A stretch of 61,347 nucleotides of DNA, filler included. It is 14 parts of 14 records of this genome, joined end to end, with 100 filler letters (N's around TTAATTAATTAA, not from the genome) between each part and the next. Parts side by side here need not be neighbours in the genome. Positions count along the whole stretch, not along the records: positions 20,661 to 25,367 come from SRR7504441_107453; positions 25,468 to 29,731 come from SRR7504441_107462; positions 29,832 to 34,668 come from SRR7504441_107629; 11 more parts are not named here. One strand, given 5' to 3'. The position numbers and the translations under genes are program-made. Shown in pieces: positions 24,739 to 34,768 of this stretch (the first letter of the stretch is position 1; the number at the start of each line of letters is the position of its first letter). Below the pieces are notes generated by a model. The model was not told where the DNA came from. It saw only the letters and a list, made by a program, of their open reading frames with translations, and did not search any database.

Positions 24739-25367
24739 TCAGGCAAATCCGAGCGGCTCGGCTATAGTGAATCCACGTGTGGCTTTGCCAACGGTCTCGT
24801 ACACAGTCCCGTACAACACCGTAGGCGTCCTGTTTGCATCCAACAGTAGCTTTGGGCGCTCCGTATAGTACGAAACATTGAGAATGGACCCATTCTGTGC
24901 CTTGAATGGCCGGCTCAAGTTGAAGCAACCGTCAAGGGCGAATTCGCCGTTGCAGCCGCTCATGTTGCTCCAAGTGATCCCATCCGCGCTCCAGGCGTGC
25001 CCGCCTGGCATCGGATTCCCCTCCACAAGCTGGTGCCAGTTGCCTCGCTTATCAATCCACATGAAAGGCTGTCCCCCGGTCAGACAGATCGGCGGCCCGG
25101 CGCACATCCTCAGCGTTGGCAGTGGAGCCCAGCCAGCGCGGGTCGCTGTCAGATGAGACAAGTCGGTACGGGCCACGCCAGGTGTCGGCGGTTATGATCG
25201 CTTCGCCGTGCTTGAATCCGTACCTGCCCAACCAGTCAATTATCCAGTACAACTGGCGGCTGCTAGTGACTCACTGCTCTGTATGAGCCATCACGAATAT
25301 TGAGCCGTTCGGGTGAACGAGTGGCGCAGGGTTCCAGTTACCGTACGGTCCGTACTCCCAGGGCCGG
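24739..25367 (-). CDS. Five-bladed beta-propeller glycoside hydrolase-like protein (GH43-like clan), 5' truncated
   Basis: NWNPAPLVHPNGSI, ADTWRGPY, AED|PFMWIDKRGNWH (37-nt intron), HAWSADGITW, ERPKLLLD. Confidence 0.6.
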
Positions 25368-25467
25368 NNNNNNNNNNNNNNNNNNNNNNNNNNNNNNNNN
25401 NNNNNNNNNNNTTAATTAATTAANNNNNNNNNNNNNNNNNNNNNNNNNNNNNNNNNNNNNNNNNNNN

Positions 25468-26321
25468 CAGGGTGGTCTTGCCGTGGTCCACGTGCCCCAT
25501 CACGCTCACCACCCCGGGCCGCGCCAGCTGCGGCAGATCGCTCTCCGCAGCTGGCATGGCGTCCTCAAAGTCAGCATACACCCGCTTGGGCTGGTGCCCG
25601 GCCTGCGGCAGCTGGTGAGCTCGGCGGGCAGCTGGGGGCGCGCCTCCATCACCAGCAGCTCCGCGTCCTCCGGGCTGACCAAGTCGAGGTCACTCAGGTA
25701 GCTATCGGGCTGGTTGAGCTGCTGCAGCTGGGCCAGAACCGCCTCGGTCGGCTCGCCCAGCGCAGCCGCCATCTCGCGCACCGTGGTCACCTCCGTGATC
25801 GGCACAACCTTCCGCTTCTGCTTCTTCTTGTACGTCTTGGGTTTCCTCAGCCCAGTCGGCCGGGACCACCTCCGGATTGGCGGCCGCCGCTTGGGCTCCA
25901 CCCACTGCGGCTTGGCCGGCGGCGCTCGCTTCAGCCGGCGCTGCGGCTTTCTTTGGCCCTCGTCTGAGAGCGCTGCGCCCTGCCCCAGCAGCCCGTCGGC
26001 CCTGCCGTCGTCCGACTCGTCCGTCGGCTTGTCCGCCGCCACTCTCGCCTTAGGCACCGCCGGGGCGCTCCGGGGGGGGGCATCCGGGTGCTTGCGGGCG
26101 GGTCGGCGCGGGGGCTTGCCGGCGGCCTTGGGCTTGGGGCTGGTAGCCACCGCCTTCTGCCATGCGCCGTCCACCCGCTGCCACTTAACCTTGGCCGGCG
26201 GCCGCTGGGCCAGAGGCTTGAACTTTGGCGGCGGCCGAGCAGTGCCCGAGGCTGCCCGGCGCAGCAGCGCCCCTGGCAGCACCGAGGCTGCCCGGCGCAG
26301 CAGCAGAGCAGTAGAGCTCAT
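25468..26321 (-). CDS. MTIF2: Mitochondrial (bacterial-type) translation initiation factor IF-2, 3' truncated
   Basis: Arg/Ala-rich transit peptide and IF2_N-like TVREMAAAL...EDAELLVME. After GC-AG intron 25603-25643 comes RPGVVSVMGHVDHGKTTL, the IF2 G1 motif. Confidence 0.9.
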
Positions 26322-26550
26322 CGCAGGACGGCAGTGCCGCTCGTCCTCGAGAAACGCCTCGTGTTGACTGTCCGGCGGACTCGTGCCTGTGTCAGTTGTC
26401 AAGAATGTCGCTACATCGCTGCATGCGCATGTGAATCGGGCAATCTAGGAAGGCAATCCATAGGTTACGTGGTTCGTTCCGACCTTCTAATGAATGTGCT
26501 TGTAATAGAAGCAATCTAATTCTGAGATGTCGTGATATAGTGATCCCATG

Positions 26551-29259
26551 CTAGCTAGAGTTCTTACTAGAGTTCTCCTTCTCGAGATTTTGGATGTTGA
26601 CCACGTGCCGCATGGTGGGCCGACCGTGCGGGCAGTTCCACGGCTGCTCTAGCGTTGCCATTCGCTTGAGCTGCTTGGCCATCTGGCCGTTGTCCAGGCT
26701 CTTGCCAATCATGACCGACATCCTGCACGCCTGCCCACAGGCTGACCCACTTACCACCCAGCACTCACCCTGGAGGCAAACATGCTGTTGATCCGCGATG
26801 GCCGACACAGCGTGCCCGGCCGGTCGACCAGCATCGCAATCAGCTCGTGCACGTCAGCTACACCAAACTGGGTGTTCTTGCTGAAGGGGACCGAGGCCAG
26901 CTGCAGCTTGTGCCGCGCGGGCGCCTGTTGGTCGACTTGGAACTCGAATCCGCTTCTCGCAAACACTTCCAAGTGGTCGAGCACTGTGAGCTCTTGGCTG
27001 GCTGTCAGGTCCAGCTTGAGCGGCGCAATCAGTTTCTGCACCTGGACCAGCATCGGCCACTGCCCCGGCCAGCCCGGCTGCCTTGATCTCGGTGCACTGC
27101 TGCAGCGTCTCGTAGTTGTACTTTTCGTCAGACGCGTGCTGGTCCACTATGAACACATCCCCGTGCAGCCGAGCCACGATGAACCCTTTATTGAACTGGC
27201 CGATCACGCGCATCTGCTCAAACTCTGGCTTCTGGAACACTCGCGACAGCTCCTCCTGCGCCTGCAGCCCCAACCTCAGCTCACAGCTGCTGCGCCAGCT
27301 CACAGATTCATCGCTGAACCCTTCTGTAGAGAGAGAGCTGGCACCATACACTGCCCGTTGGCTTGCAGCTTCATCCTGCTGCTGCCGGGCGGCCCATCGC
27401 TGCTTTGTGGATTCGAGATCAAACTCGAGGCTGGCCTCGAGTCTGGGCTCCCGATCAGCATGAGCAACGCTCAGCTGGTCAGCCAGGCTTGTTTCGCCAT
27501 CCACCGCCGGCTCTCTCGGTCTCTTGCGCCTGCTGCACAGTCGCCCCCAGGGCGCAGCATGCGGCTACCTGACACTGTTGGGCATCTCGCTGATCTGAAT
27601 GCTTGGCACGACCAGCTCCTGCCCAGTATCAGTGAGCTGACCGCAGCCGCTGAGTCTACCTGCACAGCCTCCTTATCGGCCAGCTCCGGCGACTCTTGTG
27701 CCCTGATGGGGTCCAGCTCCGGCCGATCAGAAGCCCGCGGCTCCGGGCGACCTGCTGGCCCCAATCAGCATAGACAGGTTGGGATGGCAAGCACCCCTCA
27801 GGAGCGTTGCTGGCTGGTCTGCTGGAGGGTTGGATGGCTCGTTGTCGCTTGGGACGTACTCCTCGTCACTGTATTCCTCGGTATCATCGGCCTCATCCAA
27901 ATTGACCTCATCGACCGCTCCCACTGAGGCTGCGTTCTCGCTCGCTTTGTTCCCACTTCTTTGCACCACTTCACGCTCCGTAAAGCCAGCTCCCCGTTCT
28001 GGCGCCACCGCCTGCTCCTGCTCACACTCCCTGGCTGCTGCCACCTGCTGCCCATCCTCATCGATCCCTGCGGCCGCCGCTGCCGCAGGTTGATGCTCAC
28101 TGTCCTCCTCTGCTGCTGCCTCAGACCCAGCTGCACCGGCTTGCTGTGCAGGCTGGCTCGACCGTTCAAACTGAAGCAGTGTCTGGACCGATCGGTCTGG
28201 TTGTGGCGCCGTCAGGTCTACAGTGCCCCCACAGTGGCTCTGCGGCTCCCATATTTGCTGCACCGCATCGCAAATAGCCGAGATGAGCGTGCTCTGGTCG
28301 TGAATCAGCAGCGTCCTTTTGTCCGGGGTCACATTTACATCGTATGAGCTTGGATCGATTGAGATGTCTAGTACTACTGCTGGTTGCTGCTGGGCAGAGT
28401 ACCGCCGGTACAGTTCGTTCAGCCCTCGAATCAATTGTGGCAGATCCACCGGCCGCCTATTCACCGAGACGAACTGCCGATCGCCCGTGCGCCGGCCGCA
28501 GCCCGGGTCAACACGAGACACAAACCCCTCCACGCGAATGCCTCCCTGATCGAGTGTCATTGGCACCAGCTGCCGCGTAAAAGCTGCACCAAACACGGTG
28601 ATCAGGTTGTCCCGGAGCTGGCTCGCCCCGTTGGTTGACAGTGCCGGCGAGCCGCGCGATTTGCCATTCGAGTTGGTCACGCTAATCTTGACCCCGGTGG
28701 ACACCAGCGCATACCCGGTCATCATGGTGACCATTTTCCCGTACTCCCGCTTCAGGTGCCGCTGCAGCTCGGCGCGGCGCACTGGCAGCCTCTCGAAGAC
28801 CCTGCGGACGCTCACCGAGGTCCCAAGCTCCCTGGCGATCGGGCTGCGGGAGGCGACGCCGCCGGACTGGTCGAACTCAAGCTGAGTCCCGATCGACTCG
28901 GACCGGTGCCGGGTGATCAGCCCGAGCTCGGCTACCCCGCAGAGCGACGAGAGCGCCTCGCCGCGGAACCCGAACGAGGTGAGCGACTCGAGCCCGTCAA
29001 ACTGGCGGAGCTTGGAGGTGGCGTGCTTCCGGGCCACCTGCTCAAAGTCGGCGGGCCGGATCCCGTTGCCGTTGTCCACCACCTCGATGGCCTCCGCCCC
29101 GCAGTTGGTGCAGCGCACGTCCACCGAGGTGGCTCCGGCGTCCAAACTGTTCTCCACCAGCTCCTTGACCACACTGGTCAGGCTGGTGATCACCTGGTCA
29201 CTGCAGATCCGGTGCACCGTTTCCGCGTCGACCGCCCGGATCGTGGCCTCCGCCGCCAT
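26551..29259 (-). CDS. PMS2: Mismatch repair endonuclease PMS2 (MutL homolog), 5 introns
   Basis: KELVENSLDAGA, DNGNG, SFGFRGEALSSL, DVNVTPDKR, GQFNKGFI, DQHASDEKYNYE (endonuclease motif), FASR|ACRMSVMIG, PWNCPHGRPTMRH. Confidence 0.95.
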
Positions 29260-29496
29260 CGGGGACGCCTCTTTCCAGCCGGGTAGCCGCGCAGTGGCTC
29301 CGGCGGATTCAACTGCAGCTGCAGCCGCCGGATTTTCTGGCTCAGATCAGAAGCACATGGCTCTGTGCCCAGCAGTGACCGGACCAGTGTGATTGAGGGC
29401 GGTGGGCGCAGGTTCGCCCGCGGCGACGACCTGTCCTCCCAGCGCTCGGGCGCGGCGCTCTCGTTCCGCTCCCGCGCCTCCGGCGGAGCTGGATCC

Positions 29497-29731
29497 ATGG
29501 ACTTCCTCGACCAATGGGACGACGGCCCGCTCTGCCTTTCCCAGCCCCGCGACCGGACCCCCAGCCAGATGATCTGCCCCAGCGGCGGTCTGATCGACCG
29601 AGGCAGCGTCCCGCGCGCGTCTGGGCTCGGCCACTCGGACCACGCCACCGCGCTCTCTCGCTGGAAGGCAAGCGCCGTAGCAAAGCCGCTCGCGGAGCAG
29701 AACGAGGCCGAGGCCGGAAAGGCGAGGCAGT
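29497..29731 (+). CDS. Hypothetical protein, N-terminal fragment (divergent from PMS2)
   Basis: GC-rich open frame running into the gap; no recognisable motif. Confidence 0.3.
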
Positions 29732-29831
29732 NNNNNNNNNNNNNNNNNNNNNNNNNNNNNNNNNNNNNNNNNNNNTTAATTAATTAANNNNNNNNNNNNN
29801 NNNNNNNNNNNNNNNNNNNNNNNNNNNNNNN

Positions 29832-31202
29832 GTCACGCTGGACGAGGGGGAGCAGCGCGAGATGGGTCGAGTGACCAAGCGGGTTAGGTTTTGGGGCGGG
29901 GTGCTCTCAATACTATCGATGCTCGTCCTGGTCTTCCTGCTCGGCTTCGAGATCTATTCAATCGCCACCAAGGAGCAAATCAGCTCCTTGCAAATCCAGC
30001 AGTGGGAAGAAGGGAAGATTCAGATCCAACCTGTCAGAGTTGCTGTCCCGACTGACTATACTATGACGACAGTGCAGTGTATGGTGCCTAATGGAGATTA
30101 TTCCGGCATTCAGTGTACCGACGTGTCATCGCAGGTTACCAGCTGCGACGCGGAGAAAGAGGGTGACGATTGGCCATTTCCTCCAGCGCACATGGACCTG
30201 TCCGTCGATGCTGAGTACTACTGCCTGCCAAGTGACCTCTACATTCTGGGCGTATACGGAATGCCTGAGTACTGGTACATACAGATGACATTGTCGCCAA
30301 ACGATGGAGTTGCCGCGACAGGCGAATCCTCGCTCTGGCTGAATGATTACTCACAAAATCCGTTGACACGAACTTGGCATTCGATATACATGACATGGCC
30401 ATCGACCATCACCACCGTCACTGAAGTCTTTAACCTCAAATACGGATACTACGTGTACGGCTTAGACGGCCTCGGGCCCAAGTACTCTCTGGATAGCACG
30501 GCGAGAAACCAGCAGGACACCGCCTCGTTTTACAGAATGTACTCCAGAGGTAAGGACTGCCCTAGTAGCGGATGCGCTTCAACTCAGTTCACTTGGATCT
30601 TGCGAGCTGCAGAGCGCCACGAGGACTTGAGAGTATCTTACAGGTACACGATTATACGGTCAATCCAAGTTCTGGGAGGTCTCTACACAGGGCTGGCATT
30701 TATCGGCGCTTTGCCACTGGTGATCGCCTTCATCGTCAGACACTATTGCAAGTTGGGCCGCAGGACTGACGCCTTCACAAGAGACGTCCGACTGCGCGAC
30801 GCCAGGGCCCAAGACGAATTCAACCATGAGGTTGAACGCCGGGCCGAAGACCCGGAGGCAGGCACAAGTTCGTATAACATGCATCGGAGCGAGGTCCTGC
30901 GGGCAGCTACCACTTACGTCAGATTGGACGACCCCATGCACCAGCTTTACCACCAGACGATACCTAGGTCGCATGGACACGTCCTTGAGCCAGCAATCCC
31001 CCCCTATGGTCAAACGAAAGCCCGGCTGCACCAGGACGAAGCCGAGGCCGAGTTGCGGGCCACTTGGGATTCGGGACCTGAGAGCAGCAAGCCTATGAGG
31101 CGGTCCGGGTTCGAAAACAAGTTCCGCGAGCCCGATGAGGTTAGCGCTGATACCTCAATTGTCGCGCCTACACGGCCTCCGGCTGGACGAGGTGGCAAGT
31201 GA
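29832..31202 (+). CDS. Two-TM membrane protein with large Cys-containing extracellular loop, possibly 5' truncated
   Basis: TM1 FWGGVLSILSMLVLVFLLGFEIY, then a loop of about 230 aa with 6 Cys, then TM2 RYTIIRSIQVLGGLYTGLAFIGALPLVIAFIV. Confidence 0.65.
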   Translation, partial: VTLDEGEQREMGRVTKRVRFWGGVLSILSMLVLVFLLGFEIYSIATKEQISSLQIQQWEEGKIQIQPVRVAVPTDYTMTTVQCMVPNGDYSGIQCTDVSSQVTSCDAEKEGDDWPFPPAHMDLSVDAEYYCLPSDLYILGVYGMPEYWYIQMTLSPNDGVAATGESSLWLNDYSQNPLTRTWHSIYMTWPSTITTVTEVFNLKYGYYVYGLDGLGPKYSLDSTARNQQDTASFYRMYSRGKDCPSSGCASTQFTWILRAAERHEDLRVSYRYTIIRSIQVLGGLYTGLAFIGALPLVIAFIVRHYCKLGRRTDAFTRDVRLRDARAQDEFNHEVERRAEDPEAGTSSYNMHRSEVLRAATTYVRLDDPMHQLYHQTIPRSHGHVLEPAIPPYGQTKARLHQDEAEAELRATWDSGPESSKPMRRSGFENKFREPDEVSADTSIVAPTRPPAGRGGK

Positions 31203-31446
31203 GACGATGAATAGCTGTGGGTGGCTGGGAGGCCAAGTCCTCCACAAAGGCGGTGATGAAGAGACGTTTTGATCTAGCTCGCACGCATATGTACGTACAG
31301 GATACTACTACTACTACATGTAGCGGACCGCTGACGCATGTAGCTCGTGCAGCCGGTTGTACACGGCATGCATGCATGCATATGATGATTATAATAATTC
31401 ATTGATATTACAAGATCTGCTTCATTACCGTGCACAGCCCCTAGTC

Positions 31447-32508
31447 TCACTCAGCACGTCTTACAGCTGGCAGCTCGCCCAGCGTGCCAGCCGCCGCCCT
31501 GTGCTGCAAGTGCCGCACCATATCAATCACTGCGCTCAGCTGTGGCCCGCGGTTAGTGTCAAACAACTCGCTCCGCGTGACGCTGCCATCCCAGTCCCAG
31601 CACCCCATAGGGTTCCGCTCTGTCTGGTTTGCCACCTGAGGGTAAAACACCACCATCCGGTTGGTCGCGGCCCACTCATTCAGCCCAGTCCTCTCTGCCC
31701 AGTGCAACCCGTGCGGCCGTGAGCCTCCTGGCCGACAGCCATGGTAATTGACGTGCAGCGTGCACGGCCGCCGGCCGGCCCGCTCGAGGCATTGTGCCGG
31801 CACAAACACGAAGGCCTGGCTGGCGAGCGCCAGGCTTTGCAGGCTCCACCCGGGTGGAGTATGAGGCGCCTGCTCGAGCAGTCTCAACTCCCCGGCCAGC
31901 CGGGCCGCCCGAGGGTTGAGCCGGCCGTAGCTGTGCTGGAGGAGCACGCCTGCCAGATCGAACTTGCAGTAGTTCACATTGGGCAGCTCCTCGGTGCCGC
32001 AGCCCGGCCGGTTTGGATTGTCTGTTACCCAGGCGTGCGCCGCTGGCACAGTGTACTCGGTCCGTACCAGCGACGGCGCGACCAGCTGCCTGAGCTGCCG
32101 CTCAACGGCCCGGACCACCCCCCGGCTGACCACATAGTCTTCCTTCCCGCTGAACAAGAGCACCGGGGTGCGGCTCAGGTTGGCCGGGTTGTCGATCAAC
32201 CCGTCCGCGTGCCGACGGGCCATGTATCGGCCAAGCCGACTCAGCCACGCCTTCCAGGGCGGTCGGCCGGTCACCCAGCCGCATGGGTCGCCGTACGCTC
32301 TCTGCAGCGGGCGGGTCTCTAGCAGCTGGCAGCCGTACGGGGCGCCTGCCGCCACAGCCAGCCCGGTCACCGCCCGGGCGTGGACCACGGCGTGGATCAG
32401 CGCCAGGTCTCCGCCGCTTGAGAAGCCGGAGACGCTGTGTGGGGCCAGCCCCGAGGCTCCCCCGGCCAGCCCTGCGGCCAGCGCCGCCACCAGCCACCAG
32501 CCCAACAT
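31447..32508 (-). CDS. Secreted poly(3-hydroxybutyrate) depolymerase-like alpha/beta hydrolase, intronless
   Basis: Signal peptide, SVSGFSSGG nucleophile elbow, AGAPYGC, LFSGKEDYVV (Asp), AAHAW (His), LHVNYHGC, WAATNRMVVFYPQ, NPMGCWDW. Confidence 0.8.
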   Translation of the reverse strand: MLGWWLVAALAAGLAGGASGLAPHSVSGFSSGGDLALIHAVVHARAVTGLAVAAGAPYGCQLLETRPLQRAYGDPCGWVTGRPPWKAWLSRLGRYMARRHADGLIDNPANLSRTPVLLFSGKEDYVVSRGVVRAVERQLRQLVAPSLVRTEYTVPAAHAWVTDNPNRPGCGTEELPNVNYCKFDLAGVLLQHSYGRLNPRAARLAGELRLLEQAPHTPPGWSLQSLALASQAFVFVPAQCLERAGRRPCTLHVNYHGCRPGGSRPHGLHWAERTGLNEWAATNRMVVFYPQVANQTERNPMGCWDWDGSVTRSELFDTNRGPQLSAVIDMVRHLQHRAAAGTLGELPAVRRAE

Positions 32509-32577
32509 GATGATGAGAAGCTTGTTGCACGGTGCAGATCTCTAGAATCAGTGCATCAACTGAAACGGTAAACGGCC

Positions 32578-33150
32578 ATGTCTTTCCAGGCGGGGCAGAC
32601 GCTCCTCCGGCGGTTCCCGACAGCCAGCGAGCAGGAGATCGAGGCGGCGCTGGCCTCAGCTGGGGGCAACCCGCGGCGGGCGGCGGGCATCCTGCAGCAG
32701 CAGCGTCTGGACCGGCTGTGCGCCGACCTGGAGCGAGTCAAGAGCGAAGTGGCCCAGGTGCAGCTCTCCGACCAGGAGCTCCGGCCCGGGTTCGAGGCGA
32801 TTCTCGCGATGCAGGCCGGCGGCGCAGGGATTGGACTGCGAGGGCTGCGGGCGGTGGTGGCGGAGAGCGGGCGTTTCTACTCGGATGACGAGCTGATTGA
32901 GGTGCTAGAGCGGGGCGATCGGGACGGGGATGGCATGATCAGCCTGGGCGAGCTGGCCGAGCTGCTGGCCGGGGCCGAGCTCCCGCCCGAGGGCTGGGGA
33001 CCGGAGCAGATCTTAGTTGCTGCGATAGCCGCGGTGCCGTCGGACGTATCGGTGCTGAGGATGATGGGCAGCGCGAATGGCCGGACCGGGTACAGGCCCG
33101 CGGCAGGGCTTGTCTGGGCGGGCGATACGCTGTCACGTGGAACCGATTAA
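32578..33150 (+). CDS. CUE/UBA-like plus EF-hand protein
   Basis: LRRFPTASEQEIEAALASAGGNPRRAAGIL (CUE/UBA-like) and DRDGDGMISLGE (EF loop). Confidence 0.6.
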   Translation: MSFQAGQTLLRRFPTASEQEIEAALASAGGNPRRAAGILQQQRLDRLCADLERVKSEVAQVQLSDQELRPGFEAILAMQAGGAGIGLRGLRAVVAESGRFYSDDELIEVLERGDRDGDGMISLGELAELLAGAELPPEGWGPEQILVAAIAAVPSDVSVLRMMGSANGRTGYRPAAGLVWAGDTLSRGTD

Positions 33151-33561
33151 ACATTGATTCGTCAATTTAAACTAAAGTCAGCCAGAGATGATCCTCGCAA
33201 GCGTTGTTCCGGATGGTCCAAAATCACGAGGGATTCGTACTTTCGTACGAGTGCGAATTGAAGTCGTTTATTGATATCTAAAACCTGTTTTGCCTAGACC
33301 TAGGTGCAATTGTAGCTGGATCACATGGATACCACTGAAGAGCGAATAGTGCTCCACAATACACACACAGAGACTTCTCCATACCCTCACCGGCTCGATC
33401 AGGTCCCAATGATAGTCTTACGTACTTGTACCAGTATACACGATTGTGATTAAGATATGTGCGGCCCCCGTCATTAAACCGGCCGACCTCATCACGACCG
33501 GCGGAGCGATTCACCACTCGAGAATTGAGGCAGCTAACAACATGTTTATTGTAGCGGCTTG

Positions 33562-34668
33562 CTACCCGTCAAGATCGACCGGCGAATAAGTCGGAGGCAA
33601 GTCTCCGTCGCTCTCTTTCTCGCTCCCGTCGCTCTCGGTGTCACTCGTTGGCTCTCCGTCGACAGCATCACCGAGGAGAAAGCACGGAGGAACAAACAGG
33701 CATCGGAGTGCAGACCTGGCAGAGCTGCAGTCCGATTGCAGCGAACCACTAGCAGCATCTTGCTGTGACCCATTAAGTTCTTGCCAGTGGCGTCTCCAGG
33801 CGTATGCTTGGTATGCATGTCTACAGGCAACGAAAACACAATATAACAAAGTCACAGGCAGTCCTGCGTAGAGGAGGGCGTAAGCGCCCGCCCAGACCAC
33901 AAAGAGGGTGAAGATGTAAAAATAAAACAACGGAACGAAACCGGATGTCAGCCACAGGAGGCCGCCGATCACGCCCACCCTCAGCGCCAGGCTAACACAG
34001 CATGCTATAATCCCTGTGCTGACCATGCAGGCAGTAGGTTCGCGCCACACGCCTAGCGCCGCAGTAATCCTCCGCTGCCTGTGCACGGCACAGTACAAAT
34101 ACCCTGGCACGAAAACCGCGGTCCGGAGAACCCACAGGAGCATCACTATGGAGACAGTGGACTGCGTGAAGCACACATCTAAAGAGCTGCATCCGGCCCA
34201 GAATGGCCATTGAACGAAGCCTCCCGCCCCGAAGTGCACCACGGCTACGGCGTGCCACGTCATGAGCTCCAGCGTCAGCAGCCCAGGCCACCAGCCCTCC
34301 GCTTGGTTGCCCGGCACCGGGTGTTCCTGATTGATGCCGCACCGCGGGTGCCGCAGCCGAAAGGCGCAGAACAACCAGCTACTCACCGGGTCTATACTCA
34401 CCCACCACGGACACCACGGGGCGCACTGCTCTGGTCGGCCGCTCGGCTCCAACGAGTTTGCCGGCTGTTGGTCGTCCGCTGGGATGGCGCGAGATCCGAT
34501 CTCCAGGTCTGCACAGCCCGGCGCGCTGCATGCCAGCTGCTCGGCGGCCAACGGCCCATTCGCCTCTCCAGACAACACAACCGCCGCCGGCGCCGCCGCC
34601 GGCGCATCGTCCTCCGGCCCGGGCAGGCTGATCCCAACCTCGGCCAGCTGTCCGACCACTCAGCTCGG
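33562..34668 (-). CDS. Multi-pass membrane protein of unknown function, 5' truncated
   Basis: Open frame of 365 aa or more with about 4-5 hydrophobic helices and an acidic tail. Confidence 0.5.
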
Positions 34669-34768
34669 NNNNNNNNNNNNNNNNNNNNNNNNNNNNNNNN
34701 NNNNNNNNNNNNTTAATTAATTAANNNNNNNNNNNNNNNNNNNNNNNNNNNNNNNNNNNNNNNNNNNN

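Noticed and set aside
26400-26550. Possible ncRNA in AT-rich intergenic spacers (also 33150-33560, 57240-57675, 57776-58420)
   Set aside because: No tRNA cloverleaf, rRNA, snRNA or clear snoRNA box motif recognised.
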